A stretch of 64,000 nt of DNA from Macrostomum lignano. Its lineage: Eukaryota. A program made the translations under genes and the position numbers. The stretch's first letter is position 1. Each line of letters begins with the position of its first letter. The stretch lies in contig NIVC01000673.1 of NCBI GenBank assembly GCA_002269645.1, positions 186,001 to 250,000 on the forward strand. Reading direction: 5' to 3'. Shown piece after piece: positions 50,940-64,000 of this stretch. Under the pieces are notes generated by a model. It did no database searches. It was not told the origin of the DNA and saw nothing but the letters and a program-made list of their open reading frames with translations.

Positions 50940-52203
50940 GTTAAGAGTCGAAGAGTAAAAAATAATGTCGAATCTGTACTGCACAGTAAGTACCTATAGA
51001 CTGTAAGGTAGGTCGGCCAGTGGATACAAGCAGGAGAGTGTTGAGGCAATTGTGGTGGTGGTGCAGTGTGAGGTGTACATCTACCTAATATATTCGTAGC
51101 CGTGATAAAACATTGCTATTTGAACTTTATTTTTTTACTGAGTTGTTTTGTATTTTTATTCAGCTTTTCATTCAACATGTTCATTTTTCTCTTAAGCCAA
51201 AGTTTTCACAGCAAGAATTTCTTTCGTATCGAAAATATTTTCTATTTTTTGTTATAATAATTTGAGTTTTTCAGCTTGATATAATGCAATAAATAGAATA
51301 TTTACAATTATCGTTAGATGTTTTGCATTGCCCTCCCTCTGTGCTTAGCCAAAACAATTCGCAGACGATAGTACGCGAACCGCAGCTTGTCTGCATTTTC
51401 AAAAGGATGCAATAGCTTAAAAAATACATGTACATGATCATTCCAAGAAAGCCTAGCTATCGCTTGAGGTTGCGCAAAATTCGCTTAGTATTTAAAAGAC
51501 TTCCAAAAATCGGAATCGATGCACCTAGTATCACAGGCTTTTGTATAATGTTGTAATAGCTATAATAGTTTTAAAGGAATTTCGAAACTATCAACAATCA
51601 ACAATATTTTGTAACAACAAAAAAAACATTGTTTTTGCGCTGTCTAAAAAGTGCAAACTAAGAGAGCGCACATCAAGGCTGGGATGCAAAAAAGAGCAAA
51701 CTCGGGGCGCCCCGTGTTTGCGAGCAGGCAGTCGGCGAAATACAACACGGAATTCACTCTAACTCGCCAAATTCTCGCTATATAAGGATGGTTCCAGCAG
51801 CGCCAAAGCAGCGCCTCCTGCGCTATGGCTGTTGGCTTAATGATTTGGCCAGCGGGTGCAGCAGGATAGGTATAGTTTAGATATACATATACATCTTTAT
51901 GTATGCATCTTCAGCACAGTGCATTCAAGGGTCTTAGAAAGTTCATAATTTAATTCGAAGATAAGCAGAAGTCAGTTGAACGAATAACAGAACTATATAA
52001 TCGTCAGATTTTTTACTCCTGTTGCACTATTGAGAATCACAACGTGAAATTTGTCTTGGAATTTCTTTAAGCTTCATCAAATCAAGCTGAAATTTTCTCG
52101 CGTAGCAGCAACTTGTAGAAGCGCGGTTACCGTCGATCTCACGCGGTATCACTTTAAATGTCGAGTTGTCATTGACGACAGAACACATTCCTCCTCCAGT
52201 CAA

Positions 52204-55200
52204 TCAGTGGTTTCTCGGCCGGTGCATGTACTCCTTGAAATCGTACAGGCAGCCGATTGAGTGAAAATAGAAGAACACGTGCAGCGGTAAAGTGACAATG
52301 GCCAGAGACAAGTTCACTGGATCGTCGTTTCTGTAGCCAAGGATGAGGCTGAACGCGCTACCGTAGATGAACCACTCGGCCGCGTTGCAAATTATCAAAA
52401 GCAACGCGCCGATGTCGGCCAGCCGCGGATGAAGATTGCGAATTCGGCCGGCCAGAATTCGATCAACTAACGACACCTGTTATAGTCATAGAAAACTAAA
52501 GCAGCTAGAGGGACGCTGCAAATGAGATTTCAACTTAGTCCCAAAGTAAAAGCGATGCATCAGAGAGTGGCGTTTTTACCGTCAGATCCGGCGAAATCCC
52601 CCGATTAGTGCTGCTCTGACACATCGCTTTCACTATGGGGCTTTAAGTTGACATAAAACCCCAATTTATCCCATCATATCCTAATTCTAATTCTCGATAA
52701 TTCTACACTCACTGCAATAAAGAAACATTGCAAATACTCGTAGAACTTCTAGCGGTCCTCGGAGCCTGGTTTTGAAGGCGATTAACGAATCGGTGAACAT
52801 GTTCGATAAGTGGGCTATAAGAATAATTTTTTTATTATATAGGGTCAATTTTAGGGACTATTAAGATTAGGATTTAGGTTTGGTTAAGTTAGGAAATTAA
52901 GAACATGCAATGTTATCAGAGCGTGGTGGAGTGTTGCAGTTGGGGACAGCTTCACTCCTACAAAAAGACACAAGCTTGATGACGGCAGCGAGTACAGGCC
53001 GCCCTAAAAGTCTGTTTCCACTTTAAGGGGTCAATTGTGTCTTTTATGTGGGCCGGAGTTTCAACTGCATCCAATACTAAGATATTTCAGATGACGCACG
53101 AGCAGGAAGGTCCGTGGGAATCGGCCAGAATTGCCAGTCTGGGAGCGGCGCATTATCGTTCGATGGGAACATTTTAAAGGGGTTGCGTGGGGGAAAACTT
53201 ATTATAAATAACGCGACAGTTTAACATCTTTTTTCACTCCCTTCTCTATCCAAATTACCTGCTTGCTGTTATCTTAAATTGTTACCAACCTGCGCGTGCT
53301 TATCGCTTCCGCTGACCCGCGTGGATCAAAAGACTGAACACTACCATTACTTATTGATGTCTTCAACCTAAAATTAGGTTAACTATTTATAAGCTAGGAT
53401 GCAATAGTAGATAATAAGTAGAATTGAAATAGCATTAGTTATTAGTTAAACGATAGTGACTCGGACTTATCCTTAATGTTTGATATGCTTAATATCATGT
53501 ATGAAGATGAACCAAAAAAAGTATATTTAAACGTACCAGATTACCACTCATTTATTCCAGTTTTATCGCTAAAATGTTTTTGTTAGTAAAGATGTCGACC
53601 AGTTATTAATATTCATATGTAAGCTCTTAGTTTGCGGCTGACTAAAGAAACTTATAAGGGCACAGGGAGGGCAGCTGCCCTCTGGCACTGAGACCTCCTC
53701 CTGAGGGAGGTCACAAAGGGGGTCAGTTGTTTCATGGTAAAAAATGGAGACTCTTGTGTTGACCTGCACCGCTAAAACGGAGCCAAGCACCAGAGGCGCC
53801 AATGTCTAAAGTGAGTTAGGAAAATACTTGCACGCCATCCGAGACTGACTCACCTGCAACACACTCTGTAAAATATTCAGCAGTGAAGTACCGCCTTCGA
53901 TATATGGCACTCTGAACTGGCCCCCACCTACGACGAAGGCTCTCCAGAGGCGCTGAATTCTGTACAGCACCACACCAGACAGACCGCACCAGAGCATGAC
54001 GCTATCCGCTGTGTGTCGGACTTCAGGCCCTCTGTCAGCCCTCTGAACCTGCACGGAGCAGCATCGATTGACAGCCAACAGAAATAGGCATACTATAATG
54101 CCAATAGAATAGAACGGGACTTGTATTCGATTCACTGACGCATTCCAATCTTCAATGCTTTTTGTGCAGACCATGAAAAACTTGAAAATCAGGGTGCCTA
54201 CAGTGACGATAATTAGAAACGCAAACATCAGGACCAGTTTGCAGCTGTATCTTCGGATTTGCTTTAAAAAATGTCCATTTACTTGGTAGTCTTCGCTGAT
54301 GCAGCGTTTTATCTCGTCAACCGGCATTCCGGAGAGCTGCTTTCTTAGAAAAACTTTAACCCAACGGCCGGCGTTCGACATCACAGAGCAGGACAGAATC
54401 GCTCCCATGAGGAAGAATTCAGATAGAAACGGGCCAAGACTCTCCACCAGCGATTTTAATACATCCTTGACAGATGCCCGGTGTATTTTCGAGTCTGGGC
54501 ACCAGTCGGAACGCTTCAAAACGAACACCTCGCCGATTTCGGATTTGGTGTGAAAGCACCAGCAAGATATATTGGCCGAAATGATCAAACTGAAAGCTAG
54601 AAAAGTCTGCTTCAGCTTCCAGAGCAGACAGACTTTGCTGTGAACGACAAAGAAGCGCACCTGGATCGATACGAATGCTGTTAGTAGGATGCATTTAACG
54701 GTTAAAGCGGCCAGAGCCGCTCCCGACGCGTGTCCACCAATCAGATGTTCGACAAACTCCAATAAAACGCCGATCAATCCCAGAAACGAAAATACAATGA
54801 GTATTAATTCCAAAAATGTCGTAGGATAGTTGGCCAAATGATGCGGCATCTTCAGACACCAGTGAACTGCTCCGATTTCCGGCAACCTGTTGTTGGGGTC
54901 ATAGGGATTCACCAGTGCCGCTCGATCAATTGTCTTGTCCAGTATAACTCGGAACGTCAGGTAGATGAAGGCGCCGATTCCGCCGAGTAACAGAAGACTC
55001 TCCATCCACAGGCTGAACATCTCAGCTGTACTCAACGATCCGTGGTGACTGGAATTGTCCGACTTCTCGGAGGCGTCTTCGTGCTTGCTGGACTCTTCTT
55101 GGGCCTGGTTCAACGATGCTATGACAGACAAGGCAAATGTGAATAGGATGGTAAAGTAGCCCAGCAGCTTGTACAGCGGTGAGGGGTGCTGGGCGAGAAC

Positions 55201-55309
55201 TGTCACTGGGCTTCTTTGGGCCACGTTGTTGGGTTCTTCTATCGCCTCCTGCTGCTCATCGGGGCTGTCAGACGGATTTACGAGTACGAGCGGACGCCGT
55301 TCTGGGTCC
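52204..55309 (-). CDS. Otopetrin-like proton channel; exons ~55309/55224-53854 and 52476-52204; start exon unresolved
   Basis: Multi-TM ORF with otopetrin-like motifs VSIQVRFFVVHSKVC, SANISCW, LGPFLSEFFLMGAILSCSVM, DSVMLWCGLSGVVLY, ILQSVLQ, LLIICNAAEW, TLPLHVFFYFHSIGCLYD. The phase-0 intron runs CAG|gtgagt..tataacag|GTG. No in-frame ATG occurs before an upstream TGA, so another 5' exon is required. Confidence 0.75.
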
Positions 55310-55407
55310 TGCGGTGCGCGTTGGATGAGCTGGTTTCAGCGAATGCTTTCAGTTTGAGTAGCTGCTTATAGCAATTGACTAGGGGCGAAGGGGAGGGAGC
55401 AAGGGGG

Positions 55408-55727
55408 CTCTGGTTCTGGCGCCTCTGGTGCTGGCGCCTCTGGTGCTGGCGCCTCTGGTGCTGGCGCCTCTGGTGCTGGCGCCTCTGGTGCTGGCGCCTC
55501 TGGTGCTGGCGCCTCTGGTGCTGGCGCCTCTGGTGCTGGCGCCTCTGGTGCTGGCGCCTCTGGTGCTGGCGCCTCTGGTGCTGGCGCCTCTGGTGCTGGC
55601 ACCTCTGGTGCTGGCGCCTCTGGTGCTGGCGCCTCTGGTGCTGGCGCCTCTGGTGCTGGCGCCTCTGGTGCTGGCGCCTCTGGTGCTGGCGCCTCTGGTG
55701 CTGGCGCCTCTGGTGCTAGCGCCTCTC
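55408..55727. repeat. Near-perfect 15-bp tandem repeat (ctctggtgctggcgc), ~21 copies
   Basis: Directly visible. Confidence 0.97.
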
Positions 55728-56394
55728 AAAAATAAAATGACGCCTCCACTCCGATAAAACTGCGACTCTAATCAAAACGAAAAAGCATCCCTTTAAATCC
55801 TGTGAGCAGCTCTCTGGTTTGTAATCAGTGCGTTGCGTCAATCTGTAATTCTTCGTATTTTTCATAATACGTAACTTCATCACCATCAAAATCTAAAAAG
55901 AACTTCAGATCCGATTGTTAATGAATATTTGTTTTACTCACGTGGCTGTCGTTCTGCATTTTGCTGCTCCTTTCTGCTGCTTTGTGCCCAGGGTTCTCTC
56001 CAAGGCTTTCTCTCTGTATAGTGATGAAGCTTTACTTTTCATTTTGTTGTGAAAATCGTGCCCTTTTTCTCTTTCGCCATACCAGAAGCCTCCCAGTCTG
56101 CCCCAGCCCTCTGGTTGTCTATAAACGTGCGTACATTGATCACACCTACCTCTCACCTCACCCTGGGCGTACATCTTCACTTTAATTTTGCACGAATTGG
56201 ATTATGAGGCATCCCCCCCTTTTCCTCCCCCTCGAACCGTGGTTGGCTAATTTCGAACTTTCTACCTTAACAAATGCGCGGTAACCTGATTGTGCCCGAA
56301 TTGTAAGTTTCCTGTTTTTCCCTGCTTCTCCCTTGAACGCAGGCCGACAGGTCAGGCTGCAGGCGAGCGGTCCTGTGGATGGGCGCACAACAAC

Positions 56395-57660
56395 TGGTGC
56401 CCGTGACCAGAATTCCAGTTTGAGTCTCCAGATTTCTGGAGTAGTGTATTAGTGAAGTAGTTAATTAGTGAATTAGTGAATTTGCGAATTTGTGAATTTG
56501 TGAATTTGTTAAGCGCTTATAGCCAATTTAGACGATTTTATCGGTGCTTTGACAGCAACAATCCAGAAGCAGTTGAACGTAGGTCTGCTTGTTTCACGTC
56601 TAAAAAGCAAGTACGTGCCGACTCAAGATTTTGCTTTGTGGATGCAACAGTTTACCCCGCATTACGCGCTCAAGGACCACTGTACTCGTAGTACTGGCTA
56701 CTACAGTGGTCCTTGACTACGCGTTCCAGCCAGTGCGCCAGACTCTCGCATCGATGAAGCTGAGTCTGAGATGGCAAAAAACCATGGCCACACTGACTCT
56801 TTGTCTCGAAAATATCGAAACTCGAAAGTCTGCTTCTTGAGCAAATTTTTTATTTCTGCAGCGCAATTTTAAATATTGCAATGCAATATTACGAGCGTAT
56901 ATCATAAATAGTTTCTTAACGGAGGTTGTCAAATTGTCAACCCCACCGCAGGTCATGCCCTGGCAGCAGAGTCAGGAGAGGTGTCTGTGTCCTGATCAGG
57001 CTCGAAGCGTAGGTTCTGGTCTTTCGATGTCCAGGGTCTGAAGTTCCAAAAATTATCTGGCCACCCAGCTTGTTTCAGAAGACCTGTGAGCTGCATGACG
57101 GAGTCGCAGGTGGTCACCTATGGATCGAAAAGACCCAGAAGAAGTTGAAGGCCAGGTTCTGGTGGCCTGGAATTTCAAGAAAGATTGCAGGAGGAGTACT
57201 GCAGGAGCTGTGTGCACTGTGCGCGGCACCCCATTGTGTCAAGAGCATCATTAATTAGACCATCGCTGAAATCGAGGAATTGATCTAGGTTCGTTCTGAT
57301 CATTCAAAGCTCGTTCACTAAGTGGCCAGCTGCCGTGGCGCTTTCAAATCAGCGTGCAAGCACGGTTGTGGCAGAGGCTATTTGCGACAATTGAATTGCG
57401 TAGTTTGGATGCACCAGTACCTGTGATCTCTGGGGCACAGGCTCGCGAAGGCACATTCACATGTAAGACAAAATCTGCCAAATTATCAGCGGAAGCAGAA
57501 AATCATACGAATCATATACGTAGGAATATAGTACTCTAATATTCACCGGCCCTGTAGCCGAACGAAGCGGCAAACTTTCACAGTTACATTTATATTATAT
57601 GTAACAATTATATAGTCTTATTTCTGAGACAAGCGCTCCTGAGGAACTGGCTCACAACAA
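56395..57660 (+). mobile_element. Degraded Ty3/Gypsy LTR-retrotransposon remnant (PBS + integrase fragment)
   Basis: TGGTGCCCGTGACCAGAAT at 56395 resembles a tRNA-His PBS after ..aaca. 57070-57258 encodes LHDGVAGGHLWIEKTQKKLKARFWWPG..C..C (integrase zinc-binding motif). Further broken integrase-like text lies near 57360-57450. Confidence 0.6.
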
Positions 57661-59189
57661 TAGCTCGTATTTAAAAAGTTTTTGAAGTGAAGATTATAAA
57701 TTTCTTTGAAAAGTTTAGATAATTAATGTTAAAAATGATGTTTCATTTTCTCCAGTGTTATGCAGGTGTTAAAAATATTATCGATGAAAGTAATCCTCTG
57801 TCAACGATTATTTGAAAAGAGCTTTTTACAGAAGAAATTAATAACTCGTTGAAGTAAAGCATTGTAGTGAAATATATTAGTGTACTAAGACTCATAAACT
57901 TATTTTGAAAAGGCCCTCATGACCAGTGCAATTATTGTCAGAAACTGCAAGTTAAGCTTAATAACTTGGCCGTGGTCGCAGTTAGTAACGTAAAGCAGGG
58001 GCGTGGATCCAGAAAAAAACTTTGTTAGGGGGCAACTTAAAGGCCGTAAAAAGTATAGGATAATAGACAAAAAAGTCGTCAAAACACGGCAAATATATGT
58101 GGCAATTTTTTCGCCCCTAGCTGAAGGGTGCATTCCCTGCCACTGTTAACGCAAAGCGGCCGGTAGCTCTGATCATCTGCAAACATCGAACGTGGCGGAA
58201 AGTGATCGTTTTAACAAACGTTGGAACAAGTACTGTTTATTAAAAAATTACAGATACCTTTCGTACACTGTTCAGTTTTAGATGTTATCTTTTTAATTTT
58301 ACGGCAAAATTAAAAACAATTATTGTGAAGTATACCTTCCTATTTTTATTATCGCGATTGTGTATTATAACTTTGAACTTTACTTTGTGCTTACATTTTA
58401 TTATTGCACGTGAACTTAATGAAAACCAAGAGTCCAAGACGCAAAGCAGCATAACACTTTTTGCTCTAAAAATATCTCGTCTGGCTAGCAATGCAGAAAG
58501 AAAAATATATAGAATGCATACTTGAAAAGCAAATTGTAAATTTGCCTTGGCCATACGTAAAGTACATACTTTCATATATCATAGAATAATGGTGAACTAC
58601 ATAATATATCCATAGCTAATTTATGTAAGTTTTGTTAATCCTAGGCCCTAATAACTGGATTAATGGATTAGGAACACAATCTCTTTGAAATCTTTTTTTC
58701 CTTAGTAGTTACTATCAATAGTTACTTTGCTCTCAGATTTTTCACATTGAACAATTAATAAAAACAATAAAACCCATCATGATACAATTGCAATCGTTTA
58801 GCCATTATTGCTATATCTTTTAGCCACGAAAAATGTTTTATTTTTCAATAACAAAATTTTTGCAAATATAAAAATTAGCAAACTGTCACTGACTAGATTT
58901 AAAATCTGATGGCTAGATTTAGTGCTACCATTAAAAAGGTAATTATGTAAAATTTGGATAGTAAAACATTTCAATATATGTAGTGCATAGACCATAGTGT
59001 CCCAAAATTACTATATTCTATTGACATTTAATTAAATAATAAACTTTTCTGTATTGAATAATAGAATGATCATCTTAAAATCTGTTAAAAGCGATCTTCT
59101 TTTTATTTTTTACAGAATAGAATACAAATACAAATATGAATCATGTCATTATTAATCTCTTAAAATTTCAGTCCACATTTTTACTGATC

Positions 59190-60861
59190 ATGTGGCTGCC
59201 TCTACCAACTCCACTGCTGTTGCATCTTTTATTTGTGTTAGCAACATCTGTGATCTGCGCTACATCATCTGGAGATCCTTCAATGGCAGGTTGCCCCCAG
59301 CCTGGCAGACCTGGCATCCTCAATTCCGGTCAGGTGCGTCATCTGTTCGTCGGCGATCGTCTGATCCTTCGCTGCTGCCTGTTACGCCGATCGCCCTCGT
59401 CGCCGACGACAAGCGGAGTGGCCTGGTTCACGCCGACCGGGGTTCGAGTCGGCTACCTGGGAACCAATGCTCCACAGCAGACGGCCTTCATCCTGTCGGA
59501 GACTGACGGCTCTCTGCAGTCGGCTGTCCTGGTGGTGACCAGCGTCGATCGTCGACAGCACGACGGCGAGTTTGTCTGTCGGGACGCCGACTCGCCGTCG
59601 ATGTCGGGGGCTTCGACCGCCTCTGTGCGGGTTGTCGTGCGCGACCGGCTGCAGCTGGAAGCTCCGCCGTTGCAGTGGCTTCGAGCCGGCTCGCCCGGCC
59701 GGCTGCAGTGCTCGGCCAGTGTGTCCGGGGCCAGCCTGGCCTGGTACCGGGGCCGGCAGCGCCTGCGATCGGAGGGTGAGATTTGGGAAGATGCAGATTT
59801 GGAAAAGATGGGGATTTGAGAAGATGGAGATTTGGGAAGATGGGGATTTGAGAAGATGGAGATTTGGGAAGATGGAGATTTGGAAAAGATGGGGATTTGA
59901 GAAGATGGAGATTTGGAAAAGATGGGGATTTGGGAAGATGGGGATTTAGGGATGGGAACACGGGAAAATTGGGATTTTGAGAAAAGGAATTTTGGGAAAA
60001 TGCGGATTTGGAAAAGTTGAATTGGGAAGAGGAGGATTTGAGAAGATAGGGATTTGTGAAGACGGGGATTTGGGAAGATAGGGATTTGAGAAGATAAGGG
60101 TTTGGGAAGATGCGGACTTAAGAAGATGGGGATTTGGGAAGATAGAGATTTGGGAAAATGAAAAGTTGGAAACAAATTAAAAGGGGAGATTTCAGTAGAT
60201 GGGGTTTACCGGTTTGGGGAGACTTGAGGATGTTAGAAATTCGCTATTCGAGATCCGCGGTATAATTATCTCAGATTTGAAGATCAGAGAATCCAGGCAC
60301 CTAAAGATCCCCTTCAACCAAACCTCAAGGCGACAGCGGATCGAACGGCGACATTCTACTCGCCAGAGTTCGCCCTAGCGACGCAGGCGCCTACGCTTGC
60401 AAAGGCGAGCTGCAGTCGACTTCGAATAGCGTCGGAGGCAGTATCGACGTGTCTGTAGTGGAAGTTCGAGTCTACCAGCCGCCAATGATTGTACGCGGCC
60501 CGTCAACTGTCGACAATTCGAAAGCTTTGCAAGGCCGAACTGTCGAGTTCCAATGTCTAGTTGAAGGATTTCCGGCGCCACAGATCTACTGGCTGGTCGA
60601 TAATCGCAGCATCGACGCGAACGACCCAGACACGGCGGCTTGGTTGGGAGCCAGAAGGCTCTGGAGCCGTCAGGAGGCGGAGGGTGGCAGCAACACCAGT
60701 CCCCCGATCCGAATGCGCTCGCTATTGAAGGTATTGGATTTTATGGGCGGCGAAGGCGAGGCTGAAGGAATGCCAAGCGACAGGTGGCGACAGGTGCCGA
60801 CGTTCACCTGCGAGGCGGTGCTGTCTGTGCCAGGTGTGGCCATCGAGACGACGAGGAAGAG
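59190..60861 (+). CDS. NCAM/fasciclin-II-like immunoglobulin-superfamily protein, first coding exons (59190-59775, ~60330-60861); 3' part not identified in the window
   Basis: Signal peptide MWLPLPTPLLLHLLFVLATSVICA. Ig1: VGDRLILRC..VAWF..AVLVVTSV..HDGEFVC. Ig2: APPLQWLRAGSPGRLQC..LAWY..NGDILLARVRPSDAGAYACKG. Ig3: PPMI..VEFQCLVEGFPAPQIYW..FTCEA. The acceptor at 60329 (aag) is inferred from phase. Confidence 0.75.
59780..60170. repeat. Degenerate ~20-bp minisatellite (gatttgggaagatggg..) in the Ig-gene intron
   Basis: Directly visible. Confidence 0.85.
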
Positions 60862-60899
60862 GTCAGTATTGTGACTTCATGATTCGGGTGATTCCGTAG

Positions 60900-61150
60900 G
60901 TGATTCACTTGTAGGGTCAGTGATTCACAGGTAGGGTCAGTAATTCACAGGTATGGGTCAGTAATTCATAGGTAGGGTCAGTAATTCACAGGTAGGGTCA
61001 GTGATTCACAGGTAGGGTCAGTGATTCACAGGTAGGGTCAGTGATTCGCAGGTAGGGTCAGTGATTCACAGTTAAGGTCAGTGATTCACAGGTATGGGTC
61101 AGTGATTCACAGGTATGGGTCAGTAATCCACAGGTAAAGGTCAGTGGAAT
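60900..61150. repeat. 20-21-bp minisatellite (gtagggtcagtgattcacag)
   Basis: Directly visible. Confidence 0.9.
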
Positions 61151-61707
61151 GACAGCTAAAGGTCAGGTAAGGGTTTACGGGTAATATAAATTGAGCCCCA
61201 AAAAGTACAAAAATCATTAAGTACATTTTAGCTACAAACTTATCTATGGATTTTTAAATTAATAATTAATAAACACTAAAAGGAAATGTGCATAGAAGAC
61301 AGGATTGCAGAGCGGGCGGAGCAGTCTCCAGCGGGAGGCACTTGTCCATCTGTATCGATTCCCAGGGCAATTCCCGCTTCTGCCTATAAGGAAGTGAATG
61401 TTGCGAGAGAAATGGGAAGAGAGAGTATCGAGATGCCCCATGATTGGGAAAAAGTTCGGAAAAGAGAGAGGAGAGATGAGGTGAAGAGAAGTGAGGCCGG
61501 ACTTCCCAAAACACTGTCCGCTGGACTTTGGGGAATTGAATTTGCGACAGCCAATTTCTTGTTGCCCAGACTCCCCTGCATCATTTCTTCCGTGGTTCAA
61601 AGTGGCTCTGCGTCTGCTGCTGCTGCATTCAATTCTCTGTCTTCACTTTTCTGCTTCTGTTTTGCTCTGCTGTTTCCTCTATTGCCCATGGAGTCTTGTG
61701 CTTAATC

Positions 61708-62176
<469 letters not shown>

Positions 62177-62869
62177 CCTACTGCTTGTGTCTAGTTCTAC
62201 CTAGTAGTAAGACACATGTCTATTCTTTGTATCTACTCTTCATTAGCTACTCCGTTGTCTATCCATGTCAAGAATCTCATGTACCTACTCTACTCAATTT
62301 TCATGTTTAGAATTGGGGTCTGTTCCTACCGACACTCGGCACTCTTGTCCTTAACATTGAAGCTTTAAGTGTGTTCAACACTTCTTCTCCGAGGTCAACA
62401 CGCACACACAGATTGCCAGTGTGAGGCGAGGACACACGGGGATAGAAAGGAAGGATGAGTTTGTACTTTAGCAAGGCGCCCACTCCACTCTGCTCTCTTC
62501 ATCAGACTCAATGGGGAAGACTTGACTACTTAATATTTTGCCAATGCATTGCTGTATTCTTTCGCCAATGCCCAAAATAATCTTCATCCCATCAAAGGAA
62601 GCGGTTCTCTGCCCTTCTCTTTTCTCTGTTCAATGAGCTGAGTTTATCCTCTTCTAGATCGGGCCCCATCAGTTCTCACGAGGAAATGCAATGAAAAGGC
62701 GTGTCAGATACAGGCCTTTATCGTGTTGGCTATTATTTGTTTCTTTATATCTTGAGCATAGGCTACAATACATGATGATGGGATTGTCAGGAGACTGAGT
62801 CAGAGTCTCGGGGATTGGGCTAAAGGCATGGCGGCTATATTGAGTTCATAAATGATTTTTAGTTTGTCT

Positions 62870-64000
62870 ACTCCTTGTGTCTACTCCAATCTACTGCAGT
62901 CTACTTCTAGTGTTCACTTTAGTCTACAACTACTTTAGTCAGTACCAAAGTAGCGTCTAGTGTCTACTTTTATCTACTCGTACTACTAGTGTCTACTTTT
63001 ATCTACTCGTACTACTAGTGTCTACTTTAGTCTACTTATAGTGTCTAGTTTAGTCTACTCCTAGTGTAGACAGTGTAGATAGTGTACTCTATAGTCTACT
63101 TCTAGTGTCTACTCTATAGTCTACTTCTAGTGTTGACATTAGTCTACTACTATTGTCTACTTTTATCTACTACCTATTGGCTATTTTTGTCTACTTTAGT
63201 CTACTAATAGTGTCTACTTTAGTTTACTCCCAGTGTCTACTTCAGTCTACTCCTAGTGTCTAGTTTAGTCTACTACTAGTGTATACTCCAGACTAATATT
63301 ACTACCACTAGTGTCTACTCCAGACGAATATTACTACTCCTTGTGTCTACTCAAATCAATTCCAATCTAATAATTAGTCTACTTGGGAATTTTTGAGCTT
63401 GGGAAACGCCCACCTCCAGCTCTGACAATCATTTTTGCCAAAAAGCTCTAATGCTGCCCTGCAGACACGGAAGACTTTGATCCCTCTGCTATGCAGCTTC
63501 ACTCCCCAAACAGTGGAGGGTTGAACTCCCTATGCTGCCGCCTGTCCCTTCCTTGCCAATAAATCGATCCCTCCTCGCTCAGTTGTTGTCCGTCATCGTC
63601 GCCTCCCTCACCTGGAGCTGAACCATCCCTGTGACCTGCTGAACAGCCGTCGGATATCAGATTTCACAAGCTGGAGAGAAATATTATAATATGCCTACTG
63701 TTCACTTAAACTCTTTCTAGCTCTCGTGTGTGCTTGCGCGGCAATGCGTATATACTTGTGTATTTTATTAATATTAGTAATTTCTCCTGCTTGGCTTAAA
63801 TTATTCGGTGTACACACACACCCGCCAATCAGCGGCCTCTCCAACCACCCCAATCAATGTACACACACACCAGCCAATCAGCGGCCTCTCAACCTACCCC
63901 AATCAATGTACACGCACACACCAGCCAATCAGCAGCCTCTCCACAATCAATGTACACACACACACCCGCCAATCAGCGGCCTCTCAACCTACCCCAATCA
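62870..64000. repeat. Degenerate (tagtgtctact)-type repeats 62870-63360 and a ~50-bp CCAAT-containing repeat 63810-64000
   Basis: Directly visible. Confidence 0.8.

Noticed and set aside
52917-53070. Short inverted pair (tgcagttg..aaaagacacaa / ttgtgtctttt..caactgca) and a caggggcgtggatccag MITE-like start near 57995
   Set aside because: Too short and degenerate, with no TSD identified, to call from sequence alone.

Overview
Eukaryotic (animal) genomic DNA. GC-rich exons, minisatellite-filled introns and a ~150-bp tandem repeat suggest a Macrostomum-type flatworm (inference). Genes reconstructed by hand from splice signals and phase: the 3' part of WRAP73/WDR8 (+); an intronless RING-CH (MARCH-family) membrane E3 ligase (+); an 8-exon bacterial-type chitobiase/GH20 beta-hexosaminidase (+) with a LOA-like LINE inserted antisense in intron 5; a 4-exon gene of ~2241 aa fusing ~44 ankyrin repeats to a Mab-21/cGAS-like nucleotidyltransferase (+); a complete 7-exon transketolase (-); an otopetrin-like channel (-); and the 5' part of an NCAM/fasciclin-II-like Ig protein (+). 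Intron 1 of the ankyrin gene holds Penelope-like retroelements embedded in (GATA)n. Intron 1 of TKT holds a foldback element carrying 150-bp satellites and other non-autonomous DNA elements. The standout candidate is the ankyrin-cGLR: 33 near-identical 99-bp ankyrin units vary almost only at the ligand-contact positions and look shuffled as mosaics. This resembles a recombining sensor array coupled to a putative cyclic-dinucleotide synthase. All family assignments rest on motif recognition from memory; no database searches were run.
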